From Octopus sinensis (Eukaryota), in assembly GCF_006345805.1 (NCBI RefSeq), contig NC_042998.1, positions 157,976,001 to 158,040,000 on the forward strand: 64,000 nucleotides of DNA. The letters run 5' to 3'. The notes below the pieces were generated by a model, which searched no databases, was not told the origin of the DNA, and saw only the letters and a list, made by a program, of their open reading frames with translations. This document shows, in pieces, positions 1 to 12,949 of the stretch (its first letter is position 1; the number at the start of each line of letters is the position of its first letter). Both the position numbers and the translations under genes were made by a program.

Positions 1-670
1 TTAAATGCAAGCCACACTTCAATCATAAAACTCATTTATGAATCTGGAAGCGGGTCTAAACTTGATCAGCGGATCCTTCAAAATTCGACCGCTTCTCAGC
101 TTAATCAAAGAATCGTCCCCTACATGTGATTGATGAGTAGACGGTCGACTAAGCTTTTCCGAGGTAGAATCGTCACAAGTTATGAAGTGGGTTCTCTATA
201 ACCATATTCAATAGAAACGACAATGATAAGAATCAAATGAGAAAGGATAGACCATCCTTAAATCAAACCTAAATTCGAGAAAAGTTATGCTGTGTTTGGT
301 TGAACATGAAGAGTATCGCTTGTGATGAAATGTTAAACCCCAACGATGCTGTTAATACGCAGGCATATTGTCAATTGGCATAAAAAAGTTGCCGAATAAA
401 GTTGCTTGGCATAAAAAGTTGCCGAATAAACGTCCATCATTGGTCAGACAAAAAAGGTTGTTACTCTCGGACGATAATGCAAGTCCAAATCATTCAAGAA
501 ATATTTTCAGATAATTGCAGCATTCTTTAGAACGAAAACAGTTTGTTAATTGTGAGGAGGCAAAAAATTATTCCAAGCGTTCCTTTACTTCGAAACCTCA
601 AGCATCCAATGCTCTAGAGATCGAATATTTGCAAACTAGACGGAATTATAACAGAAAAGTATCTTGACTA
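1..670 (+). pseudogene. Mariner-type (DD34D family) transposase relic with frameshifts and stops, 5' end outside the window
   Basis: Pieced translation gives RIVT(S/G)-E-W-LY, KVMLC-W-NMK, EMLNPNDAVNTQAYCQ, KRPSLVRQKRLLL-DNA-P and EGKQFVN-EE-KN...FTSKPQ...L-TRW...KYLD*, matching mariner catalytic-domain motifs. The YSPDL region appears deleted. Confidence 0.8.
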
Positions 671-1007
671 AATGTGTAAATTAAGATGAAAAAAGTATAT
701 GTTTCTTTCCCATGTTGAAATGTGACAGGACTTTTTTTCCAAACCTAGTATGATATACACTTGCATGGGCGCGCTATAGAGATACAAGTAATAACTGTGT
801 AAGTGTGTGTTTATACACAACACGGACGCACACTCACGCACAAACACATATATATTTCTATGAACTGCCATGTCATATATATATATATATATATTAGTTC
901 ATTTCACTTCATGATATTAGTTTAAATATGAAAATTAGGTACATACATATTTTGTTCCTTGCTAATAACTTCTGCTCAAAGAAATACTTTCCATTTCATT
1001 TACATAT

Positions 1008-1226
1008 TAATTTCTTCTTCTTCTTCTTCTTCTTCTTCTTCTTCTTCTCTTCTTCTTCTTCTTCTTCTTCTTCTTCTTCTTCTTCTCTTCTTCTTCTTCC
1101 TCGTCGTCGGAGTCGTCATAATTTTTTTTCTTTTCTTACACCTCTTGCTCCTTATCCTCTGCACCTCCCCATCCTCCTCCTCCTCCTCTTCTTCTTCTTC
1201 ATGTTGTTCATCATCATCATCATCAT
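1008..1226. repeat. Compound (TTC)n/(CCT)n/(CAT)n trinucleotide microsatellite
   Basis: Visible directly; explains the poly-F/S/L/E ORFs in the track. Confidence 0.95.
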
Positions 1227-1521
1227 GATCTTTTTCGGAAGGAATCAAGAGAAATTGTTATTATCGTCTGCAAAATTGAGAATATGAATCTGTCAGACTT
1301 AATAATTGTTGTCTTCGAAAGATTAAGTGAAAAATTGTTTATAATTATAAATATTATTTATTTCTTCAGTTAAAAATAAACTTTAATAAATGTTGGTTTT
1401 GCATTCAGTTCGAGCGATACCAATTAGAAATCGAGTAAGGTAAATTGATTCAAGCAATTGACGTTTTGCAAATATGTTATTAAAGTTATTTGTAACTTCA
1501 AATAAACTTACCGTTGTTATA

Positions 1522-1728
1522 TACTGGTTTCAAATTTTGGCACAAGGCCAGTTTGAAGTAGGAGATAAGTTGATTGCATCTACTCCAGTGCTCAACTGCT
1601 ACTTATTTTATCGACCTCGAACGGATAAAATGCAAAGTTGACCTAGGCAGAATTTGAATTCAGCATGTAAAGACGGACACTTTGCTAAGGATTTTCCCTG
1701 GTGTGGTAACGATACTGCCAGCTCGCCG
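1522..1728 (-). mobile_element. tRNA-derived SINE (about 210 bp, called family A here)
   Basis: The minus strand starts ggcgagctggcag with a B-box-like gaattcaaattc. Homologous copies at 57560-58190, 62975-63185 and 50826-50905. Confidence 0.85.
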
Positions 1729-1804
1729 TAAACCGTGGTTATATATTGAAAACAATTCATAAGAATACATAGTATTAGTAGGTTATTTGGTAAATTATTT
1801 GAAA

Positions 1805-2157
1805 CTAGCAGTATAACCCGGCCTTGCCCGTGATTAAGTTACGATTATTAAGCTAATCAAATTCTTTATTTCAAACCAAACTAAGTAATATCGACTCTCA
1901 GCAAAACACTTTTTTACTCGGCGTAAAATAAAAATAAAACTCTTTCACACCCAAAGTAATGTGAGAGAGAGAGGGGGGAGAAACATGAACGATTTAAAAT
2001 AAATAAGTGATTTAAAATAAATATATTCTAATTGTTGCGTGAGAAAGTATATATGCTATGATTATAAAATATAGTGCCTTTCAAAATCATCCTGAATTTG
2101 AAAACTATATCTCGTGTTTAAGAAAAATCAAAACATTTTACATTTTATTTTCTATGA
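1805..2157 (-). mobile_element. Non-autonomous Helitron-like element
   Basis: The minus strand ends with a GC hairpin (cgggcaaggccggg) + ttatactgCTAG|T, like the terminus at 29390-29417. The 5' end is a degenerate TC(a)tagaaaataaaatgtaaaa. Confidence 0.6.
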
Positions 2158-3466
2158 GCGTCGGTACTTACTCTCTCTCTCTCTCTCTCTCTCCCTCTCT
2201 CACTTTGTCTTTCCCATGAAACTCTGCTCCTCTTCCACTTTTCTTTATCTTGTTTTTTTTGTTAGACGCTGTCAAAAAAGCTATAGCTGATATTTTTATG
2301 GCTAAAAGCTATGGCTGAAAATAGATTTTTTACGCTATCCGCAGGTGCCTCGGGAAAAAATAAGTTGACAAAACCCAGATAGGATGTTGGCGAATGTCCT
2401 CCTAAATTTTGAGCGACATGCGCGCTAATTTGTGGATGTGCATAAATTACAATCACGTACACACACACACACACACACACACACATCATCCCTTTTATAG
2501 ATATGATAAACATTGATAGTTGCAATGTTAATGGATTCATACCCAAACTCTTCGACGGTTCGTGGCGTTTTCTTTGCCTCCCAATTATTTTTCTCGTTGA
2601 GAGCAGGATTAGATGAATAGTATTGAATTGTTAGATTACAGCTTATTTTTACTTACGTCTAAAGTAAGCTTACTTATAATAATCATTTCTTAACGATGCT
2701 TTGCCATGCAATACTGACTCACAAATTTATATCTAGCTACATTCGTGATGAACGAATCACTACAATTTTACCTCCCTAAACAAAGTATCTTCTAATATTC
2801 TCTACACTAGCTTACTTTAATATTTTATAGTGTGATCAACAATGATTCATCGAATGCAGAGTACCGCAGCGAAATAATGAGAGATTTTTACGAATATAAA
2901 GTTCAGTACTAAATACCTAATACGACGAAAATGTATCAGAGATTTAAAAAATATTAATATGAAATATTCAAAATATAAAACATGCCTCAGCAGTAACAGT
3001 ACAAATATGGGGAAAATGTTTGTTCTGCCTCACTTTCATTCCAGTGAGTAATTGAAATTCATTTTAAATATGAATAAAACCGTTTCTTCTTATATTAGTT
3101 AGTAATTTATCTGAACGCCTTTTTAGGGGGTAAGGAAGAGGAGGAATCGAGCATTAAATTAGGAATTTTCCTTACAGTCAAGCCGTTGGATATATGCTAT
3201 CAGTTAATTTGGGTATTCTTTTTACTCCCTTGGTTTTGAAAAGGGAGAACCTATTACTTGTAACCCAAAATATAATAGTACACAAAAAATTGAGAATATA
3301 GCTGAAAACTGTCTTATTAAAAAGTAAACATTAAACTGAAGGTTTGGTTAATTGAAATTTTTGTGATAGAACGAAAATTCATAAATATTCTAACCCGTAA
3401 GTGTCAATCCTATCTCTCTCTCTCTATCTCTCTCTATCTATCTATCTCTCTCTCTCTCTCTCTCTC

Positions 3467-3515
<49 letters not shown>

Positions 3516-4367
3516 ATGTGGGTGTTTGTGAATAGCAATACTGTCACTCGTTATCGAGTATAATTCGATATCATTGGTGTTAGCATGTACTATGCTTTCC
3601 CTGATCGTTTGATTTACCAACGTAAACGGGGTTCATATAAATTACCCTCTCGATTTCCACAACTGACCCAATGAAACATTTAGAAGGTGACAGCTTTATA
3701 GAGGAGACCATTTGACTGAGTCCTTATCTATTGATTACAAACTTAACCAAAAGTAGAATCTGAACTCAGAATGAGGAAAGACGGAAGAAAATCTTGACAC
3801 TCTAGCAACTCCGCTCTTTTAACATCTCTGTCTCCTTCTTTTTGTTATCCTTTCGCTGTCTCTTTATTGTATGTATGCGTTTGTTTATGTGTGTATGTGT
3901 ATATTTATATAAATACGTTCACACATGGATTTATATATGTACGTATTTATGTATGTATGTATGAACGTTTGTGTCTAACGTTAATATTTCATAGAGTTTG
4001 AAATGAAAGTTAACAGAAAGTCATTTTTATCCACTCTCTTCGTCTTCCTGTTTTGTCATATTTGTACATAATACGAAAACTATATCACTTCCGCTTCTTG
4101 ATGGTGTTGAATATTATCGAAAGTCCAAGATATGTTTTCACCGCTTAATCTCAGTTTTCCGTAAGGCACGGCAAATTACACATTTATGACTTCCTTTGCT
4201 ATATAAACTACGCTGAACAGGAAATGTTATGACAAGAAAAATCAATAAAGTACTTGTAGTTGTAAGAATATTATACATTGAATTCTAACGTATTCTATTT
4301 CTCTAATTTATACACACACATACAAAAATATGTGCATATATGTTTATATTTATATGTACACACACAA

Positions 4368-4421
<54 letters not shown>

Positions 4422-4584
4422 GTACTTAAGTAGCGTGTCTCTAGATGAGTTGTAAAACATGCGGATGTTTAAGAAACGTGTAAATAAACACTTGTAAAAT
4501 GCATGGAGGAAACATTGTTGACCAGCTAATATAAAGAGGTAAAGCTTATACATATATGCTTCATGCAGTTTTTTTATAGAGTAT

Positions 4585-5426
4585 AGGGGAAATATCATCT
4601 TCCTCAATCAAAGCTGGAATGCTGCAGGGAGACACGCCCGCCCCATTTCTCTTCATCGTTGTCGTTGATTATGTGCTACGCATGTCAGTTGATACCATTT
4701 CTGGTAAGGGCATTGAAATAAAACCTAGAAGAAGTTCCAGACACCCAGCTGAACACTTAATAGACACTGACTTTGCTGACGGCATCGCTCTTATCAGTGA
4801 TTCTCTCTCCAATGCCCAGTCTCTTTTACAATCGCTTGAACAAGCCTCAAATTATGTAGGTCTTTACCTCAATGAGTCCAAGACTGTATATGTAAACAAG
4901 TGCTTGTCCAACAGTGATTTCATCATCCATACTCTCAACAATACGCTCTTAAATATGGTTTCTGATTACAAATATGTTGGGTCATACATATCCTCATCTG
5001 AAAAAGATTTTCTAACTAGAAAGCGTATGGCCTGGTCAGCTTGTAATGATATGCATAACATCTAGTCCTCAAATCTAAGTAGAGATTTCAAACTTAAAAT
5101 CTTCAAAGCCACAGTCGAACCAATTCTACTATATGGATCGTTATCAAAGAAACTTGAGAGGCGGTTGGATGGAACTTACACTCGCCTCCTTATGAGAGCT
5201 CAAAATCTCTCGTGGAAGCGTCATCCAACCAAAGTACAAATATATGGGAAATTACCACTTGTATCATCTCTTGTGAAAGGTAGAAGAGGCGCACACTCTC
5301 CTACCCTGATGTAATCTCCAGGGATACATGCATTCAGCAACAGGACCTCCGTAATGCTATGGGCCGTGAAGTCTGGCGTAACATAGTAAATTCCATTGTC
5401 TCGACCACGGTCGAACAATTATGATG
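4585..5426 (+). mobile_element. 5'-truncated RTE-type LINE: RT C-terminal half and 3' end
   Basis: ORF 4619-5065 carries QGDTPAPFLFIVVVDYVLR, DFADGIAL (FADD variant) and YKYVGSYI. Homology continues KIFKATVEPILLYGS...RLDGTYTRLLMR...WRNIVNSIVSTTVEQ*. Short (ATG)n tail; candidate 8-bp TSD atagagta at 4576-4583 and 5427-5434. Confidence 0.9.
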
Positions 5427-6224
5427 ATAGAGTACCCCAGCATATATGTATATTGTGAAATGTGTGTACATAAATTTGCTTGCGACATTTACACGCATAC
5501 TTCACCTTAGGACCTTGGTTAATTAATAAATGTTATTAGTGAATGTTCTGATGTAGAAATTAATGTACGATGTACAGGCTTTGCTTGTCATGTCGAGAAC
5601 GGATATTGAGCCAGAAACACATGTAATGACTGTACTCTTCTCCCCCGGCTATAAACCTGTCCTCTTCCTCAATCGAATGACATTCGAAAATTCTTGATTC
5701 TTGAGATTTTCTCATTGTCTCAAGTGGAGCTGGGCATAACTGCCCATTGCTAATTATGGTACATCCTCTCGATGCGGAGATAATTTTAATATAGGCGCTT
5801 GGTGCGTATAAGCACTCATAGATCGTAGCAAACGAAAGTCATCTATTTTGGGTGCAGGAAATCCCACATCACATGATTTCAGTCTACTGGGCATCATCAA
5901 TGGAAAACTTTCGGTTACTACATAACTGGCAATTTTCACTGACGTTATTTATATTATTATCAACATCTTTTCCGACGCTGCATCAAGTGCATTATTCAGT
6001 GTTCTAACAAGATATCAACGTGAAGCTGGATATAATGGATGTCTTTTGGTACTGATGCTGCTTCTTTTGTTAATAATTACGCACACACACGCGCGCGCGC
6101 GCACACACGCACACAATGCAACAATATTTACTGGAAATAGCAGTCGATATACAACGCTATAGGAAAGCTTCACTGTATATATATATACTGGCAAAAATAT
6201 AAGCGGGCGGCGAACATAAAAACT

Positions 6225-6294
6225 TGGATTACACACAGACACACACGCACGCACACACACGCACACACACACACACGCACGCACACACACACAC

Positions 6295-6352
<58 letters not shown>
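6225..6352. repeat. (CA)n microsatellite
   Basis: Visible directly. Confidence 0.95.
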
Positions 6353-6354
<2 letters not shown>

Positions 6355-6587
6355 GCAAAGTAGCTAGTTGTGAATTTCAAGAAGAGATCAGAGTAGTAAC
6401 TATACTAACAAGTAAACCCACATCAAAGTTGCTATTCCACATTACTACTAGTAGGCAGATATTACACAAACTAGTTATCGATGCAGTGCCGCACTGATAA
6501 TCAGCTGACGTAAGATCTGTCTGAGGTTGAACAAGTAAAAACGTGGAACTGCCATTTTGATGTGATGATTAATTTTCTTGTATATTA

Positions 6588-6800
6588 TATAGGTGTTATT
6601 CTAATTCTTTTACATTCAACACATGTTTCGAAGATATCATTAGTATTATTCCAAAGGAATAAAATGGTGTAAAACAAAGTAAGCCTATCTTCAGGAAAAT
6701 GAAGAAATAAAACTCCCATAACTCTGGCCAACCTGTGTAAGGTGATGTGGACTCCTTCAACCTCTCTGAGGAATTGCACAATCACTATGCTAATTGTAAA
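6588..6800 (-). mobile_element. Internally deleted Tc1-like element fragment related to 7399-8480
   Basis: 6722-6785 (ctctggccaacctgtgtaagg...ctctctgaggaattgcacaatc) aligns with 8211-8270 of the Tc1 transposase. It is joined to a TA-flanked putative terminus (ta|taggtgttattctaattc). Confidence 0.5.
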
Positions 6801-6818
6801 CAAGAGAAAAATACACAC

Positions 6819-6890
<72 letters not shown>

Positions 6891-7007
6891 GCATACATAC
6901 ATACATACATACACACACGGACATGACAGAAAGAAATAAACACCCTTATAATCGTTAAAATTTATTTAAATCTGAAATTAAACATTTAAAATATTTATTA
7001 ATTATTA

Positions 7008-7105
7008 CGCAGGCGCGGCTGTGTGGTAAGAAGCCTGCTTCCCAACCACATGGTTTCGGATTCAGCACCTTAAACAAGTGCCTTCTACGATAGCCTTGGA
7101 CCGTC

Positions 7106-7165
<60 letters not shown>

Positions 7166-7398
7166 GTGTGTGTGTATGCATGTACACGTTTGTGTGTCTG
7201 TGTTTGTCCCTCCCCACCGATTGACAACCGATGTTGGTGTGTTTACGTCCCGGTAACTTAGCGGTTCGGCAAAAGAGACCGATAGAATTAGCACTAGGCT
7301 TACAAAGAATAAGTCCTAGGGGGGTCGATCTGTTCAACTAAAGACGATGCTCCAGCGTGGCCGTAATCAAATGACTGAAATAAATAAAGGGATAAAAG
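7008..7398 (+). mobile_element. tRNA-derived SINE with internal (AT)n/(GT)n microsatellite (family B)
   Basis: Head gcaggcgcggctgtgtggtaagaagc...ggattcag, body ttgacaaccgatgttggtgtgtttacgtcccggtaacttagcggttcggc, tail gactgaaa-taaa. Homologues at 32020, 43560, 49680, 52215 and 54040. Confidence 0.85.
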
Positions 7399-8480
7399 AA
7401 CCTCTTATTTACTAGACATGCCTTCTGCATTTTTCAATGCAAGAACCGTATAAGGTATGTTACTGATAAGAGATGACGAATTTTCTCTTAAGGAATTTCT
7501 TGCCAAATTCCATGGAGTAGTCTAAAAACAAACTAACTTTGAGGATGATTTATTTTCTGTTTTATGAAGTGTTCTGTCCATTATGCTCTAGAGGTGTTCA
7601 ATAAATTTCATATCTGGTGAGTGGCTTGACTATGGAAGTTTTTTAATACCGTTCTCTTCCAACCAATTTTGATTCATTATAACCATGTGTCAAGGAATCA
7701 CATCTATAAATAAAGAGTCTTCTTTAACCATTTCACCACTGGAGAAGATTGGAAGGAGTACTTTCTGCAATATTTATCTGAGTTTATGTTTCCTTCATAC
7801 TCCACCAGCTCTGATTGGCCATTGCTCCAAATTGCTCCCCAAACATCACAGAATAGCTGCTGTGTTTCATTGTTGGCTGCAATCTCTTCATGTCAAATTC
7901 TTGATCACAGAGTCTCTAGACCCACACTCGACCCCTGTCAGAAAATAGAGCAAATCTGGAGTCATCAGAGAATATGACTGTATCACAAAATGTTAGTGGC
8001 CTCCCCACCATCTCACTGGCTCATTCGTTTCTCCGCTAGATATTAGCTAGTCGAAGAAGTGACTTCATTCTTGTTGCTCTGCCATAGTAGCCATGTTTGT
8101 GGAGATACGTGACAGCTGCTCTGGGACTGACATCAACTTGATCTGCTATGTCAGAGGCTTTGCAATGAGGATTTTCCCATTAACGAAGTAAAGAGTCCTG
8201 TCAGAGGTCTCTGGCCTACCTGTGCAAGAGGATGTGGACACCATCAGCTCTCTGAGGAATTGCACAATCCCCCTGTTAACTTAAGAAAGCAGGATCCCAA
8301 GGATTTCTGCGATTTTACTCTGTCCACATTGAGATTGGCCCACAATATTTCGGACAATTCCAAGGCTTCTTTTGTATGTGGCATGATGAAGCAGTCACAT
8401 ATATATTCTGAAGCAAAAATGTCAATAAAAATATAAAACTTTTCAAGTTAAAATAAACATAAAACAATATTTTATGGAGC
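7399..8480 (-). pseudogene. Tc1-like (DD34E family) transposase relic
   Basis: Pieced minus-strand translation from the ATG at 8384: ...YLHKHGYYGRATRMKSLL...TVIFSDDSRFALFSDRGRVWV...RLQPTMKHSSYSVMF-GAIWSNG..EL-E-EGNINSDKY...QNWLEENGIK-LP-SSHSPDM-FIEHL...WQEIP. Many stops and frameshifts. Confidence 0.85.
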
Positions 8481-8668
8481 ATCTATTTACTTTTTTCATG
8501 TGTGTGTGTGTGTCAAATTGCTGCACATTGACTTGGACCTGTTCTCACTTTGGCCACCTATACATTTTCTGCTTTTGTTTTCACTTATGTTGATTATGAT
8601 AGTTATAACATAGCGTTGTATATATTGAAAATCCCCTGCTTTGATCCCATTGGTTGACATATTAATAG

Positions 8669-8717
8669 TGATTTCGAAATGTTGGCACGTCAAGCCGTCA
8701 TAAGAGCATCACTCTTG
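8669..8717 (+). CDS. Candidate small exon (DFEMLARQAVIRASLL), gene unknown
   Basis: AG acceptor plus strong donor TTG|GTAAGT with an open frame, in unique sequence. No homology recognised. Confidence 0.25.
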
Positions 8718-9878
8718 GTAAGTGTTCCTAGCATAAGCCACAAAATAACCGTAAGTTCTTGAATAGCAGTACTGCTCATTGGGAACATCTCACACTAACA
8801 AAGATAAATAGTAGAAGTGCAGCCTGCAATTTAAGAAAAATCAAATTGCAAATGAAATAGAAAAAATGTAAAGTCCATAAACTGCAGACTTTTAAAGTTA
8901 TTTCGTACTGTGGGCCCAAAGATCATCCCTCCTGTACTGTTTGTGGCCGCATTACATCTAGAAGATTTATATTCATATAGCTACAACAGCTCCATCAGCG
9001 CAGTACTTATATGTCCAAAATTGTCTTCATGTGCTACTATGCCGAAAATCCATTTTGAACTAAATCAATGCTGAGTAGCCATCTGATAAAGCATGGCAAA
9101 AACTATCAAACTTCTTATAGGTATAATATTTTGCAATAAGAAAATAGTTATGCTCGAAATCGAGTTGAGGTCAACAGTATACATGTATGCATCTGTTTGT
9201 GTACATGAATAAGTTTTCACCTCAGAAAGATATCAATATCGGCAACCATCTGCTGGTGCTCTTCTAACAACTTTCAGAGCCACAAACGTTTTCTTGTCTG
9301 TTACATCATCAGACTTGTAGTAATTCAGTGATTGTTCTATTTCTGATATTATTTACAAATTCCTATATAGGAAAATTAAATGTTTAAATATATTCACTAT
9401 CTGGGATCGTATAATAGTAGTACTAATCAGTAGTGATAGTAATTTGCTGTATCGATAGCTGCTATATCTCTTCGTTAATTGTTCTATACATTACTGTTCT
9501 TAAGAGAACATAATATCAATCCTGAAGTTTTCAAATGACTGGAAATTTCGATATGGTGGAAGATTGAATTTTAGGAAAAGTTATTTGATTAGGAAGAAAA
9601 GACCAAGTGAAATACAAAACTATTCTAACGTATAGTTAATTAACTAAATAAATTATGGTATAATACTTGTCGAAATTTAAAACAATTTCTGTTCAATTAC
9701 ACACGCCTCTTTAGAGTTACGTGTAAATAGATTTCAGCACCTATCTGTTGAAATCGAGAACTGTAATTGCTTCTAACGATTTTCTTAATTATGGAGTAAA
9801 TTGTAAACATCACTAATAGCTAATAGCAGACCAAATTAGTGAAAATGTAATTCTATTACAAACTTGTCTGAATATCAG

Positions 9879-10009
9879 ACGTGTTTAGAGTCGCATCAGC
9901 CGTGTTATATGCGGAAACAACTGAACAATTTGACATAAAAAGATTTGAATCAAGTTCGGCAATAAAAAGTCTGCCAGAAAATGCTCGGTTTGACTTCAGA
10001 CCAAACTGA
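9879..10009 (+). CDS. Candidate exon (VFRVASAVLYAETTEQFDIKRFESSSAIKSLPENARFDFRPN*), gene unknown
   Basis: CAG acceptor, 42 open codons with protein-like composition, raised GC in unique sequence. No convincing donor and no recognised homology. Confidence 0.25.
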
Positions 10010-11098
10010 GTCAAGCTATTTTTATTTACTTCATTAAAGTAATTTGTGTGGGTATGAACCACAAAACCAGATATAGTTTCTCTTCTTTATCTGCGTCTTT
10101 TAGCTAACCGCCTCTAAAAAAATTTAGCATCTAACTAGGAGAGGATAATCAGTACATATTTGTATATCATCTAACCAGATTATCTAAAACTTGAATGCAG
10201 GATATTAGTTGAGATTGAATATAAATCTTTGCACTTTGAATGCATATAAATTGTGGACAGGGAAATAAAGACAGAGAATTGCAAATCTTTAAAGCAACGA
10301 CTCAGTATTTCATTTAATACAATGTTCAGCTGTATGGCTAAATATGTCGTATGACAGGTTGAAAGAATATGCAAAATAAAATAATGTGTGTTTTTAGAAC
10401 ATATGAAGCTTAAGATAGCGAAAATTAAGGAGTAAAGATTTATGGTTACAATATAATACAGAACACAAATGTTCGCATGCATTTGGAAAATGTTTGTATA
10501 TGCCTATTTATAAGAACAAATGAATAAAATTTATTTCTAGTTGCAAAAAGATATGATTTCTAATATAAACCAAAACAAAACAAAAACCTGAATGGATTTA
10601 TTGTACATTCAATATCATTATTTTCATTGTGAACTAAATAATTGAAACAACTGAAGCTTGAAAATAATAGAAGCAGCTTACATGATTATCGTATTGAAAG
10701 TCTTTTGAAATAGAACAGCTCGTAAAAAGAAAATAATTTAGATTTTTTAATAAAATTATGTTGTTTTTGCTGTTGACAAAAACAAACAAATGTCTTAAAT
10801 AAAATCTCAAGGTCATTAACGATGTGTGGAATTATTTGATGAGGTTTCAGTGGATTTTAAATACGAATCATCTTTTAGTTAGAAATATCCTCATTCAGGG
10901 AGTATTCAAAACGTACTAAATATTATTAAACCATCGTTGTTTGTTAGAAGTTACTGTAACGTACATTATCAGCTATCTAGTTACTACAACTAACAATATT
11001 AGGCGTAAATACTTAAATTATGTCCAAATGGCTTCCAGATATGTTTTTAGTTGTCTCTTCTATATTGACATTTTAAAAAAATCTATTTTTTTTTACAG

Positions 11099-11253
11099 AG
11101 CGCTGTGGTGCATATGTTGTAGGTCCTCACTGCCACCCGCTTAACGTCACTTTCTGGCCTCCGAGAACAGTTGCGTTGCAAACATTCAAGCCGTACCACC
11201 GATTTATGACTAAGAATTATACGTATCACTCTCCCTCCAGTTATATCCATTGA
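11099..11253 (+). CDS. Candidate terminal coding exon (RCGAYVVGPHCHPLNVTFWPPRTVALQTFKPYHRFMTKNYTYHSPSSYIH*), product unknown
   Basis: Textbook acceptor (ttttttttttacag|), 50 open codons in phase 1, GC clearly above the flanks, non-repetitive. Confidence 0.5.
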
Positions 11254-12295
11254 ACGTCATAAAGTACAAATACGGAAAGTTTTTATTAGCTGAAGCTAAC
11301 CTATAGAACGTAAGAGGGTCAGAACTAGTAAGTATCACCTAAAGAGACTATCATCTTGCCATATAATCTCCTATGATTTTACTCCATTATTTTCTTTTCT
11401 GGATTTCTAAAATCCTGTCTGATGTCACTGGTCATTTATCCTGAAATGTATGCCTGTATGGATGACTACAAAGTTCAGTCGCAAATTCTGAGGTTTCTTT
11501 TAGGCTTCCATTTTCTGAAAAAAAGTTTTCTTTAAAACCTGTTTCAGAGACTCATGCAAAAGTTCCAAATTAATTTAAATAGACAAATAGTTTTTCTGGA
11601 ATTGGTTAAAACATTTAAATACTAACTTGTTACTACTACACAAGCACTATGTTTTGTTTCACTCTGGAGGATAATTTACTACCTATCTCTAAGCAATATC
11701 TGCTGTCCAACTTATTTTGTATATATTAATTTTTCCCAATGTTAAAGTCATTTACATGTCATACATGGATGTTAGTATCAACGATATCTAGTTAATCTAC
11801 CACAGATTTCTCTTACCAGTTCATCTAAATTAAATTGTTGTATCAACCGCTCTACGAATTTTCAAAATGTCATCAGTTTCCTTGTTACCTACATAGAGAA
11901 CATTTACCTCAACTGACGTCTCTGAAGCTATTATCCTCAATAGCTTCAATGCAGACAAATATCTTAAATTTCACACACTTCTCACACCGATACGTCTGGT
12001 ACAGAGAACGAATCATTTACTTTTCTGAATTATCTACATACGTTCCTCTTCGTGTCTATGTATAGCTCTAACCTTTGTACCGAAATTCTGAATACTCTTA
12101 ACAACTTTGTTGCCTCTAAACTCAACTATTACCTTGCTGTCACATCAGCTCCCTTGATGACTTTGTAGGACTTAAAATCTGATTACATAATTCACTTAGT
12201 CAATATAAGCACTTACTGCCTTCTCAAATATTTTATAGGCTTCAAAGCCCCTGAAAGTTACAACCAGCTAACTGGTTGCAGCTGCATCCACTTAC

Positions 12296-12338
12296 CTATG
12301 TCAGAAATCATGATTGATCTTTGATCCATTTGAGATAG
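12296..12338 (-). CDS. Candidate 43-nt exon (LSQMDQRSIMISDI-G), gene unknown
   Basis: Minus-strand acceptor aattttcttag| and strong donor AG|GTAAGT; one open frame. Confidence 0.25.
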
Positions 12339-12949
12339 CTAAGAAAATTGCCGATATCATTCACTTGTTTATATCCTCGATTTACTTCAGCCACAGTGAT
12401 TCAGATGAAGCTGTATTGCGGCTATACAGGTGAAAGACACTGCTTGAAACATTTAGATTCATGCAAGCTCATCGCCCAGTCGCCATTAAAATAAAAATTA
12501 TGAAAGCAACAGATACCTTTGTGTCTCTACTTAATTGTAATCTGTTTTTCTAATCATTTACCAAGGCATTTATCAATCAAGATGGTTTTTTAAGTAACGC
12601 AAATCCACCATATATATATATTTATATATATATATAACATTGACATAGACAGCTGTGTGCAATGTTTTACCAAATGGAAAAAACTATAATTGTCTCTAAA
12701 TTTGACTAGGGTGTTAGGAACACCTACCTTGCTTGAGAGAAGAGATAAAAAGGTCTAAGGTACATAATCCTAAACATATGTACTGACAGGGATTCTAATC
12801 GCCGAAATGTCAGAACTTCCTTATATTGATCGGTCAGTTTCGGTTAATTCCGTAGCCTCAACTGTAGGCACCACTCAACTCGGTGCATAACTTATATACT
12901 ACTGGAGCTAACAATGTAGTATAAGCAACGAAGCCCAAATATTAGTCAG

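Noticed and set aside
928-1287. Poly-F/S/L/E ORFs
   Set aside because: Translations of a trinucleotide microsatellite.
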